Part shown: positions 27,767-37,088 of the stretch, piece after piece
Position numbering within the stretch: position 1 is the stretch's first letter
How the letters are laid out: every line of letters starts with the position of its first letter
DNA from: a virus
Taxonomy: Duplodnaviria > Caudoviricetes
Strand: one strand, 5' to 3'
DNA length: 64,000 bases
Virus record (IMG/VR): IMGVR_UViG_3300028048_000039
Coordinates: 224,001-288,000 of that record
Made by a program: the position numbers and the translations under genes
Notes under the pieces: model-generated
Told to the model about the DNA's origin: nothing
The model's input: the letters and a program-made list of their open reading frames with translations, nothing else
Databases searched by the model: none

Positions 27767-29145
27767 TGAGTAAGAGAGGCAATATAGTTAATGAAAACCT
27801 TCTTAAGAGTGGTTTACCTTCTGATATAATGCATTCAATTTATCAGAACCATACTTCCATTGGTAATAATCCTGCAATACCCGATATCTACGGGGTTCCA
27901 TTCTTATATATGGTTGTTAAAAAAGCATTTGATGAAGCAAAGGAAACATTGAAGGAAATTGGGACAATTGATGATGTTGATGGAAAAGGGCCAAAGGAAG
28001 TGCTTTCACAGCTTATAATATTATGTCAGAAGGAGGAAAGGCCGTTCCGTGATAGACTTGAAAAGATTTGTCTTGACCACCTTATTGACATGTTTGGAAT
28101 TCCTGAGGACTCAATGGAGATGACTTTGGAATTGAAAGATAGGATTGAAATCAATAACGAAGTAGTAAATCTTGACCCATCTGATGGCAGCGAAGAAATA
28201 GAATTTAAAGATGTAACCGATGCAAAGGCAATTAAGAAGGATGTGTTTAAGAGGAGAATACTTGACGTCCTCGCAATGGGTTGCGCAATGAACGTTTCTT
28301 CCAACATAAATAACTATAAGGAGGACATTTCCAATGTAAATCCTAAGTTATTGGACCTTTATCATAAGATAATTTCACTTAACACATACCTGCTTTTCGA
28401 GGGTGAAGTTGAATTAACCAATGAAGATAATAAGCAAATTGGAACATGTGAGGTTTTCCTTGGAAGTGAAGAAAATAAGGTAAAATTAATTGCTCAAGGA
28501 ACAATATTTCCGGTACTCCTCTCAGAGGCAATTCGAGGTTGCATCGAACTTTTCATATCACACGGACTTCCAGATGATAAGGATAGGGCGGCGGCCATAT
28601 TAAGTAAGTCAGATTACCTCAAGGCAGAACCTTGGGATATGAGAATTGGGCCTGGATTGTGGAAATTGTTAGAAAATTCATTTAATGACATATCTTTGGA
28701 AGAATTGCCCTATTTATTAAAGAGAATATCTTGTCTTGAACCACAGAAATTTAATTTCTTAATGAAAGAGGTTTTTGCTAAGACAAGGAAGGGAAAAGAT
28801 TTAATGTCAATACTTTGCAAGAAGGCTAAACATGACATTGAGTATGATAAGTTCCTTGATAAGATGGACAAGATGAATAAGGATAAAGGAGTTATAACTG
28901 ACGAATTTATCCACGAAGAAGAACTTTGTTCTATGAAAGAGTCACATGGAGGAAAGAAGCACAATGGCCCAAAGGATGCTGTTGCTGCAATGAAACACGG
29001 TGAGTGGGAAAAGAGAAAGGATTATGTGGGGGATGGTTTTAAATCAAGCGATTCCACTTACAAGAACAGAAAGAACAAGAGAGAAAAGAAAATAAATAAA
29101 AATAATTACGAAGAATTCATTGATGAAGTAATCAGTGAGTTATAA
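27766..29145 (+). CDS. Head-module protein of unknown function
   Basis: 459-aa ORF coupled to its neighbour by TAATG; N-terminal IVNE; basic C-terminal tail. Confidence 0.7.
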   Translation: MSKRGNIVNENLLKSGLPSDIMHSIYQNHTSIGNNPAIPDIYGVPFLYMVVKKAFDEAKETLKEIGTIDDVDGKGPKEVLSQLIILCQKEERPFRDRLEKICLDHLIDMFGIPEDSMEMTLELKDRIEINNEVVNLDPSDGSEEIEFKDVTDAKAIKKDVFKRRILDVLAMGCAMNVSSNINNYKEDISNVNPKLLDLYHKIISLNTYLLFEGEVELTNEDNKQIGTCEVFLGSEENKVKLIAQGTIFPVLLSEAIRGCIELFISHGLPDDKDRAAAILSKSDYLKAEPWDMRIGPGLWKLLENSFNDISLEELPYLLKRISCLEPQKFNFLMKEVFAKTRKGKDLMSILCKKAKHDIEYDKFLDKMDKMNKDKGVITDEFIHEEELCSMKESHGGKKHNGPKDAVAAMKHGEWEKRKDYVGDGFKSSDSTYKNRKNKREKKINKNNYEEFIDEVISEL

Positions 29146-29166
29146 TAAATAATAAGGAGAAATATT

Positions 29167-29394
29167 ATGAAAAAAATGAACGAAAACGGCAACAATTGGA
29201 AAGATAGCAAGTTTGAGGATGAAAGAATAAGAGGGAAAAAGCTTCAGAAACAGGCAAAAGCTCGTGCTCAGAAGAAGAGTGATAAGAACATGAAGAACAA
29301 GTTTAAGGATGAGGCTGATGAGGATAAACTCAATGAGGCTATTAATGAAGCAGTAAGGCAAGTAATAAATAAGTATAAGAAATTGCTTGGATAA
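29167..29394 (+). CDS. Small basic internal head protein
   Basis: Lys-rich with MNE and LNEAINE motifs; directly upstream of the protease. Confidence 0.6.
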   Translation: MKKMNENGNNWKDSKFEDERIRGKKLQKQAKARAQKKSDKNMKNKFKDEADEDKLNEAINEAVRQVINKYKKLLG

Positions 29395-29407
29395 TATATA
29401 AAGGACT

Positions 29408-30139
29408 ATGGCAACGAAGGTTAGAGATAATATAGTTGAAATCAAGAAGGGCCAAGAAGGACATGGTCTCCTTATTGAACGAGATGGGTATGTCTCTTCC
29501 GAAGTTGGCAACAATAAACAACTCTTTGAAGCATATAATAAGATGAATGAGGCAGAGGGTGGTGAATTTCATTGCCCATACCCATTTATCGTTGATGCAG
29601 TTTTCCAGAAGTTCGGGATTGAGAACGCTAACGGTAGAATTTATCCCGAAAAGGTACTTAAGAGGGAAGTGGAGAGGTATATGGCCAACGTTAAGGAAAA
29701 GAGAGCCATGGGAGAACTTAATCACCCGCAAGAGCAGGTGATTGACCTTTCACGTGTGGCAATAAATATCGTTGAACTTCATTGGGAAAACCATACACTT
29801 GTTGGTAAATTAGAGGTTATTACAAGCCCAGGTTTTAGAAAGCATGGAATCATTTCATGTCAAGGTGACCAGGTTGCAAACCTCTTACTTCAAGGTTATA
29901 AGATTGGTGTCAGCAGTAGAGGGCTTGGAACCGTTACAAATAACATGGGAGTACTCTATGTTGCTGATGATTATGAGATTGTTTGCTGGGATGTGGTTAG
30001 TGACCCTAGTACGCCAAATGCATGGATTACTGATAGCTATGAGAAGCTTCAACCATTCATTGAAAGCAAAGAAACTGATGATTCAAAACCAAAATTATTT
30101 GAAGAACTTGACAAGTTTAATGAGTGGTTAAGTGATTAA
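29408..30139 (+). CDS. Prohead core protease (T4 gp21-like)
   Basis: NANGRIYP, AMGELNHP (His), IGVSSRGLG (Ser), WDVVSDPSTPNA (Asp); lies upstream of scaffold and capsid. Confidence 0.92.
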   Translation: MATKVRDNIVEIKKGQEGHGLLIERDGYVSSEVGNNKQLFEAYNKMNEAEGGEFHCPYPFIVDAVFQKFGIENANGRIYPEKVLKREVERYMANVKEKRAMGELNHPQEQVIDLSRVAINIVELHWENHTLVGKLEVITSPGFRKHGIISCQGDQVANLLLQGYKIGVSSRGLGTVTNNMGVLYVADDYEIVCWDVVSDPSTPNAWITDSYEKLQPFIESKETDDSKPKLFEELDKFNEWLSD

Positions 30140-30268
30140 ACATCTAAGATTTCTTAAAAATCTAGCAATAATTGTGATAAAATAACACTTTTATTGTGAT
30201 AAAAATAGATTTTTTTGAAATTGAATGATATTTATAAAAAAATAATTTGGAATAATTGTTTTATTGCA

Positions 30269-32146
30269 ATGAAATCAGAAAAGAAAAGCATAGCTTCTCA
30301 GGCCCTAATGGAGATGGATAACATTATATCCACAATAAGGGAAGAGAGCAAGAAGTCACTCGGTAACGTTCTTAAGGAATCTGTAAAGGATGCCCTTAGA
30401 GAGGAATGTGAAGAAGATGACGAAAAGGATTATGAAGTAATAGACGATAAAGATACAAAGAAGAAATCCAAGAAAGATTCTGACGTTGATGAACAAGACC
30501 AGAATGTGGAGGGCGAGGAAGAGGAAATGCCACAGGCAGAACCTCAGCAACCAGCCGCCCCTCAGCAAGCACCTCAAGGACAGGAGGAGACTCCTGCCGA
30601 AGGAGAAGGTGAAGAGGAAGGATGGGATGACTACTCTCAGTATCAAGTAGGTAATGGCGCATATGACCTCACAGGTGAGAATGACTACGACAATGTAGTA
30701 AAGGTTTATAAGCTCCTGAAACCAGAAGACCAGGTTGTTGTCAGAAAAGAAGGCGACACCATTCAGTTGCAGGATACAGCTAATGACACCGAATATGTAA
30801 TCGACCTCGGTGACGAGGACGAGGAGCCAACCGCAGAAGAAGTTGGTGGTGAGGAAGAAAATGAAGCCCCTGTAAATGAATCAACATTACTCGGTCCTGA
30901 TTCAGAGGATTTCGGAGATGAAGACCCTGAGGAACCTGAATTCGATGACGAAGAAGAATTCGATGACGAAGAAGAATTCGACGATGATGAAGACTTTGAC
31001 GACGACGAGGAGTTCGATGATGACCAGGAAGATTACAATGTTGACGACGAGAACTTCGGTTCAGACTTCGACATGTATGAAGGCGCTGCAACTCCAATTG
31101 GTTTCCCAGAGGATGACTTTGAGAATGACGATGATTCAGAATTTGATGATGACGAAGAATTCGACGATGATGAAGACTTTGACGACGACGAGGAGTTCGA
31201 TGATGAACCTGAGAACGACTTTGATAACGAAGAAGAATTCGATGATAATATCGACGATGAAACCTTCGGCTCAGAATATGACTGGGATGAAGATGAACAG
31301 GGAATTTATGAAAACAAAAAATCAAGAAAAGTTATGAAAGAAAACAAAAAGAAACAAGAGGTATTATTCGAGGTAGACCTTGGCTATACCGACAACTACC
31401 AAGATAAGGATGTTATCTCAGGTCTTTCAAACGATGAACCAGCTAAGAGTGGTAAGTCTTGGCATAAGGGCGTTCCTACCGGAACAAAGAAGCCTTGGGC
31501 TGGTCCTTCAGAAAAAGAAGGTAACCCATTTGACAAGACTGTTGATGAATGTGGTGCATTTAGTATGGACAATGCTCCTATTCAGGAAGAAAATGTTCCG
31601 GGAATGGATGGCGAAATGCCGGTAGAGGAGGGTGCAACAACTGTAAGCACTCAGCCGTCAAGAAAGGCTACTAAGCAACACGCCCCTAATGAAAGGAAAA
31701 ACTATCTTCCACAGAAGTCAAAGAAAATTTCTACCGCAGCAGATGGTTATGAAGCCGAAATCAACGAAAGTAAGAAAGTAAAGGCTATAAAGAAAGAAAA
31801 TAAGGAACTGAAAGAAGCTGTCATAGCACTCCGCAAGAACCTTAATGAGGCTTATATTACAAATGTAAACCTTGGCAAGATAACAAAACTTTTCTTGGAA
31901 AACACAACTTCTCATGCTGAGAAGGTAGACATCGTCAATCGCTTCTCAAATGAAGCTAAGACAGTAGAAGACTCTAAGAAACTTTATGAGTCAATAAGCA
32001 AAGAACTCAAGAAGAAGACTATTTCAATCAATGAATCAACTTCTAAGACCGCTAAGGGAACTAAGGAACTTAACGAGAATAAGACTTACAAGTCAAATGA
32101 CCTCATGAAGACCCTTGACCTTATGAAACGTGTCAATGAGTATTAA
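30269..32146 (+). CDS. Prohead core scaffold protein (T4 gp22-like), highly acidic
   Basis: Between protease and MCP; DDEEEF repeats; C-terminal coiled coil; many LxE sites; ATATTTAT at 30228. Confidence 0.75.
   Translation: MKSEKKSIASQALMEMDNIISTIREESKKSLGNVLKESVKDALREECEEDDEKDYEVIDDKDTKKKSKKDSDVDEQDQNVEGEEEEMPQAEPQQPAAPQQAPQGQEETPAEGEGEEEGWDDYSQYQVGNGAYDLTGENDYDNVVKVYKLLKPEDQVVVRKEGDTIQLQDTANDTEYVIDLGDEDEEPTAEEVGGEEENEAPVNESTLLGPDSEDFGDEDPEEPEFDDEEEFDDEEEFDDDEDFDDDEEFDDDQEDYNVDDENFGSDFDMYEGAATPIGFPEDDFENDDDSEFDDDEEFDDDEDFDDDEEFDDEPENDFDNEEEFDDNIDDETFGSEYDWDEDEQGIYENKKSRKVMKENKKKQEVLFEVDLGYTDNYQDKDVISGLSNDEPAKSGKSWHKGVPTGTKKPWAGPSEKEGNPFDKTVDECGAFSMDNAPIQEENVPGMDGEMPVEEGATTVSTQPSRKATKQHAPNERKNYLPQKSKKISTAADGYEAEINESKKVKAIKKENKELKEAVIALRKNLNEAYITNVNLGKITKLFLENTTSHAEKVDIVNRFSNEAKTVEDSKKLYESISKELKKKTISINESTSKTAKGTKELNENKTYKSNDLMKTLDLMKRVNEY
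30941..31206 (+). repeat. Acidic (FDDEEE) tandem repeats including an exact 53-nt duplication
   Basis: 30971-31023 is identical to 31154-31206. Confidence 0.8.
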
Positions 32147-32179
32147 TAATTGAATAATAAAATAAAACAATAGTAAATT

Positions 32180-34204
32180 ATGAAAGAATTTTTAGCTTCT
32201 GGACAGGTTGGGAACATTGAACTCAACGAACAGAAAAGAATTAGAACTGAAATTGCTAACCGTTGGGACTCACTCGGAATGACTGAGGGTCTTAAGGGTG
32301 TAGTAAAAGAGAATATTGCAATGCTTTATGAGAACGAAGCTAGACAGCTTCTTCGTGAGGCTTCTTCTTCAGAGAACAGTGGTTCTTTCGAGACTGTAGT
32401 ATTCCCTATCATCCGTCGTATCTTCAGCAAGTTGCTTGCTAATGATATCGTATCCGTACAGGCAATGAACCTCCCAGTAGGTAAGTTGTTCTATATGCTT
32501 CCTCAGACTTCTGAGAGAGAGTGGGAATTCCTTGGTGAGGAAGGAAGAGTAAAGAATGGTTCTGTAGGTCGCCACAAGGGACTTATGGGATACAGCCGTG
32601 AAGACCGTAACAATAACGGTAGAACTAGCGGAAATAGATGGAATCGTTTCTATCTTCCTGATGAGGTAGTTAATAACATGGAGTTTGAGTATCAGAAGGC
32701 TGACGGTACTTGGGAGAAAATCCCTGCTGACGGTCCAGTTGATTACACTTACTATGATGAGGCTGCTAAGGAATGGAAGACTAAACAGGGTCCAGTTGAT
32801 AACTATGACTCCGCTCTTCAGTATGCAATGAATACTGCTCCAAAGATTACTCTTCCTGATGGAACAAAGGTTGCTCCTGTAGTTCGCCAGGTTAAGCCAA
32901 CCGTTACTAAGTATCATAAGAGGACTCTCTATGACCTCTTCTACAATGACTTCCTTTATGACAACTCTAAGGGAAAGGTTCGTATCCGTGTTTCTGACGA
33001 GGTTGAGCCTGTTATCATGGTAGATTTTGAACCAGTTGAGCTTACTGACGATAACATTAAGCTTTATGCTGACGGTACTCTCCGTAACGTTATCCTTAAG
33101 ATAAAGGGCTTCTCTGATTACAAGCAGGGTAAGCTTATTGGTCCTGACGGAAACGAGATGGATTCTGAGGCTTTCTTGGCTTCTCTTAAGGTTTATGCAA
33201 AGGAAGATATCACTGGTGATAACACTTGCTTCGACAAGTATGAGGGAATTCCTTTCCGTGTAGTATCTCAGAGATATGGTCACGCTCTTGTAGAGGAAGG
33301 TAACTTCATTCTCCTTGACCTTGACCTTGCAAAGCCAGCTAAGAAGCAGGGTGCTTCCCTTGACGGATATCTTGGAATTGATAACCCAGGTGCTGACAAA
33401 CTTAAGGACATGTTTGAAGTAGCATGGGCACAGTATGATAGCCTTGAGCTTGAGACTGAAATTGGTGAGGTTTCTTTCGCACTCAGCAGCGTAACCGTTT
33501 CTGTAGAAGAGAGAAAACTTCGTGCAACTTGGTCTCCTGAACTTGCACAAGATGTTAGCGCTTTTCATAATATAGATGCCGAGGCTGAATTGACCGCATT
33601 GCTTTCAGAGCAGATTGCTGCTGAAATCGACCGTGAAATTCTCCGTGACCTTCGTAAGCTCGCTCCATGGCAGGCTCGTTGGGACGTTAATGGATGGAGA
33701 CGTCAGGCTGGTTTCTCAACCAACTACACTCAGAAAGACTGGAACCAGGAACTTATCACTAAGATTAACCAGGTTTCTGCTCAGATTCACAAGTCAACCC
33801 TCCGTGGTGGTGCAAACTTCATCGTAGTTTCATCTGAAATCTCTGCAGTATTTGATAACCTCGAATACTTCCATGTTTCTGATGCTAACGCTGAGGCTGA
33901 CCAGTACAACATGGGTATTGAGAGAATTGGTGCTCTCCAGAACCGTTATCAGGTTTATCGTGACCCATATTCTCCAGCATGGTCTATAATCATTGGTCAT
34001 AAAGGCAAGAGCCTTCTTGACACTGGTTACATCTATGCACCTTATATCCCTATGCAGTTGACCCCAACTATTTACAATCCTGAGAACTTCGCACCAGTAA
34101 AGGGTATCATGACTCGTTACGCTAAGAAGTGCGTTAATAACAGATTTTACGGGGCCGTCAAAGTGGATGGACTTGTACAGTGGGACCCACAGGAAATCAG
34201 ATAA
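32180..34204 (+). CDS. Major capsid protein (T4 gp23-like) with a large insertion
   Basis: DIVSVQAMNLPVGKLFY, RKLRATWSPELAQD, DAEAELTALLSEQIAAEIDREI, RGGANFIVVS, GYIYAPYIP, GIMTRYA. Confidence 0.95.
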   Translation: MKEFLASGQVGNIELNEQKRIRTEIANRWDSLGMTEGLKGVVKENIAMLYENEARQLLREASSSENSGSFETVVFPIIRRIFSKLLANDIVSVQAMNLPVGKLFYMLPQTSEREWEFLGEEGRVKNGSVGRHKGLMGYSREDRNNNGRTSGNRWNRFYLPDEVVNNMEFEYQKADGTWEKIPADGPVDYTYYDEAAKEWKTKQGPVDNYDSALQYAMNTAPKITLPDGTKVAPVVRQVKPTVTKYHKRTLYDLFYNDFLYDNSKGKVRIRVSDEVEPVIMVDFEPVELTDDNIKLYADGTLRNVILKIKGFSDYKQGKLIGPDGNEMDSEAFLASLKVYAKEDITGDNTCFDKYEGIPFRVVSQRYGHALVEEGNFILLDLDLAKPAKKQGASLDGYLGIDNPGADKLKDMFEVAWAQYDSLELETEIGEVSFALSSVTVSVEERKLRATWSPELAQDVSAFHNIDAEAELTALLSEQIAAEIDREILRDLRKLAPWQARWDVNGWRRQAGFSTNYTQKDWNQELITKINQVSAQIHKSTLRGGANFIVVSSEISAVFDNLEYFHVSDANAEADQYNMGIERIGALQNRYQVYRDPYSPAWSIIIGHKGKSLLDTGYIYAPYIPMQLTPTIYNPENFAPVKGIMTRYAKKCVNNRFYGAVKVDGLVQWDPQEIR

Positions 34205-34227
34205 TTTTGAATTACTGATTGTAAAGA

Positions 34228-34260
34228 AATAAGGACTCAGAAATGGGTCCTTATTTTTTT
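34228..34260 (+). terminator. Intrinsic terminator after the major capsid gene
   Basis: AATAAGGACTCA-GAAA-TGGGTCCTTATT plus T7. Confidence 0.85.
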
Positions 34261-34503
34261 GATATTATCCAAGAATAATCTTGACAAATTTTCAAGATTG
34301 GTTATATTTTATAGAAAAAAGACTATGAAAATGTATTCACCAATATTAGTATTAGAGAATGAAGACACAGGAAAAATAGTTAAGATATTTGGAATTACTA
34401 TTTATCGTAAAATTTACTTGCCTTCAACCAATCACAAATAACCTTCGGAATAAAATTCAGTTGGTTATATTTATGGAAAATAACCGTTATCATTTAATAT
34501 ATT

Positions 34504-34620
34504 ATGGAAGAAAAAGATTGGAACGAGAAATTTAAGAGAGCAAGAAGAATAATTAACATTCTTGGAATAATCATCGGTGTTGGCTTTATCACTGCAGCAT
34601 TGATTATTTATTTTGCTTAG
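34504..34620 (+). CDS. 38-aa single-pass membrane protein (not in the ORF track)
   Basis: MEEKDWNEKFKRARRIINILGIIIGVGFITAALIIYFA*. Confidence 0.55.
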   Translation: MEEKDWNEKFKRARRIINILGIIIGVGFITAALIIYFA

Positions 34621-34626
34621 TATATT

Positions 34627-35031
34627 ATGAAGATTATAAAATTTATTTGGCAGTTACCACAAAATCTTGCAGGGTTATTATTCTTAAAGTGCAAGAAAGG
34701 CAGAAAGAGTGTTAAGTTCTTCGATAAGACTGACTGCAAATTCTTTACTGACAATAACGGCTCAGTATCGCTTGGTGATTATATTTTCGTGCTTAACCCT
34801 AATAGTAGTGAGACTGTGAATCATGAATATGGGCACCATAAGCAGTCTCTTTACCTGGGGCCATTATACCTTTTGGTTATTGGACTTCCTTCAATCATAG
34901 GATATTGGATTGATGTTCTTTTCCATGAGAGTTGGAGTTGGATTAAGAGAGACAAGTGGTACTATAATCAACCTTGGGAAAAGTGGGCTGATAAACTCGG
35001 TAGTGTGAAGAGATACTACCCGAATATTTAA
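34627..35031 (+). CDS. Small membrane-associated HEXXH metallopeptidase-like protein
   Basis: FIWQLPQNLAG, NHEYGHHKQS, GPLYLLVIGLPS, WEKWADKLG. Confidence 0.65.
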   Translation: MKIIKFIWQLPQNLAGLLFLKCKKGRKSVKFFDKTDCKFFTDNNGSVSLGDYIFVLNPNSSETVNHEYGHHKQSLYLGPLYLLVIGLPSIIGYWIDVLFHESWSWIKRDKWYYNQPWEKWADKLGSVKRYYPNI

Positions 35032-35039
35032 TAAATTAA

Positions 35040-35074
35040 AAGTCCAGACAAAAAAGTTTGGACTTCATTTTTTT
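35040..35074. terminator. Intrinsic terminator
   Basis: AAGTCCAGAC...GTTTGGACTT hairpin plus T tract, between convergent genes. Confidence 0.7.
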
Positions 35075-35095
35075 CATTGGCAACGATGTAGCAGT

Positions 35096-35593
35096 TTACA
35101 CCAACTGGTCATTATACTCTCCATTTACCCGTGCCATCATAATTGCCCTTGTAAGCCCATTTAAATAACGGCTTTTTATCTTGCTGCTATCATATACATA
35201 TTGCATAACTTGAAATGGTGTTCCCAATTCATTTTGTCCTTTAAATGTCTGTGGAATACAAGGCGTGATTTTACAATTATCACAATTAGGCATAGTCTTG
35301 CAATCTTTGGTTATGTCTGTTCCATTATCAATAAATACTATTGAGATATTGATACAAGTTGAAGGGTCTTCTAGTCTTGTGCTATTTGACAATTCTTCTC
35401 TATCAGTCCAAGTCTTCAAATATGTTCCGTGATTTGATAATCTAATTTGAATTGCGGGCAAATCTTTTCTTTTCTGTATCAGATAAAACGAATTCCCCTT
35501 CTTGCTTGCACTAAATGAAGCCGCATGTGGATACCTTTGGCGTAAGTCCTTATACCTATTTAATATTATAGAAATAATTGAAGTTGCATTCAT
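35096..35593 (-). CDS. Hypothetical protein with SFYL..IRLSNH motif and Cys cluster
   Basis: 165-aa ORF. Confidence 0.6.
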   Translation of the reverse strand: MNATSIISIILNRYKDLRQRYPHAASFSASKKGNSFYLIQKRKDLPAIQIRLSNHGTYLKTWTDREELSNSTRLEDPSTCINISIVFIDNGTDITKDCKTMPNCDNCKITPCIPQTFKGQNELGTPFQVMQYVYDSSKIKSRYLNGLTRAIMMARVNGEYNDQLV

Positions 35594-35620
35594 AGTTGCC
35601 TTTATTTATCTTAGACTTTA

Positions 35621-36019
35621 TTATTTATTAAACCAAATTACATAAGGAAAATCTGTTCTTATGATATTTTCTGTTACGTCTGAAGGAAGGATTTCAACAT
35701 CACTTTTACTTGTCTCTGTGGCATAGTTTCCATATCCATCATCATCAATTAATGCTCTTTTTTGACACATTTCTTTAAATTCTTCTATTGTGTACATATC
35801 ACCATTCCATTCCTTTCCATATTCTATGACTGGCTCCTGTTTTACTCTTTTATACTTTGAAATAAAGTAGAGTCGTTCCAAGATATCATGTGCTCTCTCA
35901 CAATATTCAGAAAACGATTTCCCTTCCTTGAGGCATTCATCTTCTATATCCTTTCGCCTCTCTTCGAGGCGACCTTCCTCTCTAATGAGTTCTTCGTATG
36001 TATGTTTTGAATAATCCAT
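35621..36019 (-). CDS. Hypothetical protein
   Basis: MDYSK start; IDDDGYGNYA...PYVIWFNK; early-type promoter at 36036-36067. Confidence 0.65.
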   Translation of the reverse strand: MDYSKHTYEELIREEGRLEERRKDIEDECLKEGKSFSEYCERAHDILERLYFISKYKRVKQEPVIEYGKEWNGDMYTIEEFKEMCQKRALIDDDGYGNYATETSKSDVEILPSDVTENIIRTDFPYVIWFNK

Positions 36020-36087
36020 AATTAACATATTTCTTATAATATACAAATTAAAAAAAGAAAAAGCAAGAGTTTTTCTCTTGCTTTTTA

Positions 36088-36975
36088 TTATCTAGTTACG
36101 ATTGCTAGATTATCCTTCTGAACAAAGTCATACTCGGTTTTTAGTTCATATTGGTTTATCTTCTGCATTATTTCTGGCTTATTCGATATTACCCAATATC
36201 TATACTTGCGCATAAAGTTTTTATATCCGGCATTATAAAGGTATTGTTTAAGTTCGTCATCGTCACATGTTTTAATGACCTCGTTTGTCGTATTATATCT
36301 TCTTTCCCTTGCAATTATTGCATCAGCAACTGTCCTATTTTGTGCAAAGATAAATCTTACTTCACCCTTGTTAGGCATATAAATGAACATCAACTTTGCA
36401 TTCTTCAATTTATTATCAACTTTTTTCTTATTCCTTGCTGCAATGTCACTATCCAATTCCATTTCCTGCATTTGTTCAGCGCTTGCAATTCTTTCAACAG
36501 TAAATAGGTCGTCTGACCTTTGAGAAACAATGTGTGCGATGTTCTTAAATTCAATTCCATGCATTTGTTTTGGGCAGTATCCATCATACATTGTGTAATA
36601 ATGGCACATTTCATGAAGTAATGTTGAAAGTGCGGCTTTCTCGGTCCATTTGTAGTTTCCGTTCAACTCAATCTTTGGTTTTACAACATCAACAAAAATG
36701 TTCCTTGTAACGTAAATATCTCCAGCAAATGCTGGAAGAAATATTCTTCTGTTTTTACGTTTCGCCTTAAGCCCAATTCTTGTCATTTTAAACCAACCAA
36801 GAACCCCTCCGTTGCAACCCTTACCGGTTGTGAAAATGCCCATTTCACAATCACCAAGTTCTCCATCAAATAACTTTTCATTCAATTCTTTGTACTTTTC
36901 TTTTAACCATTCAGGGGTTAATGTAATAAACTCACTTTCTTTAACTTCATTAGGTATTCTTAAACTCATTTCCAT
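36088..36975 (-). CDS. SprT-like zinc metallopeptidase
   Basis: YKELNEKLFDGEL...TLLHEMCH...MHGIEF. Confidence 0.8.
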   Translation of the reverse strand: MEMSLRIPNEVKESEFITLTPEWLKEKYKELNEKLFDGELGDCEMGIFTTGKGCNGGVLGWFKMTRIGLKAKRKNRRIFLPAFAGDIYVTRNIFVDVVKPKIELNGNYKWTEKAALSTLLHEMCHYYTMYDGYCPKQMHGIEFKNIAHIVSQRSDDLFTVERIASAEQMQEMELDSDIAARNKKKVDNKLKNAKLMFIYMPNKGEVRFIFAQNRTVADAIIARERRYNTTNEVIKTCDDDELKQYLYNAGYKNFMRKYRYWVISNKPEIMQKINQYELKTEYDFVQKDNLAIVTR

Positions 36976-37088
36976 ATTTAAAATATTATTTACAACATAA
37001 AAATAGCATTAAATAGCTGTTTTTCGCCGAAAAAGTACGTTTTCCAGCTATTTATTGTAAATATACAAATAAAAAATTAATTTTACAA

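Noticed and set aside
32369-33568. 399-aa antisense ORF inside the major capsid gene
   Set aside because: A shadow of strong codon bias; no recognisable motifs or promoter.
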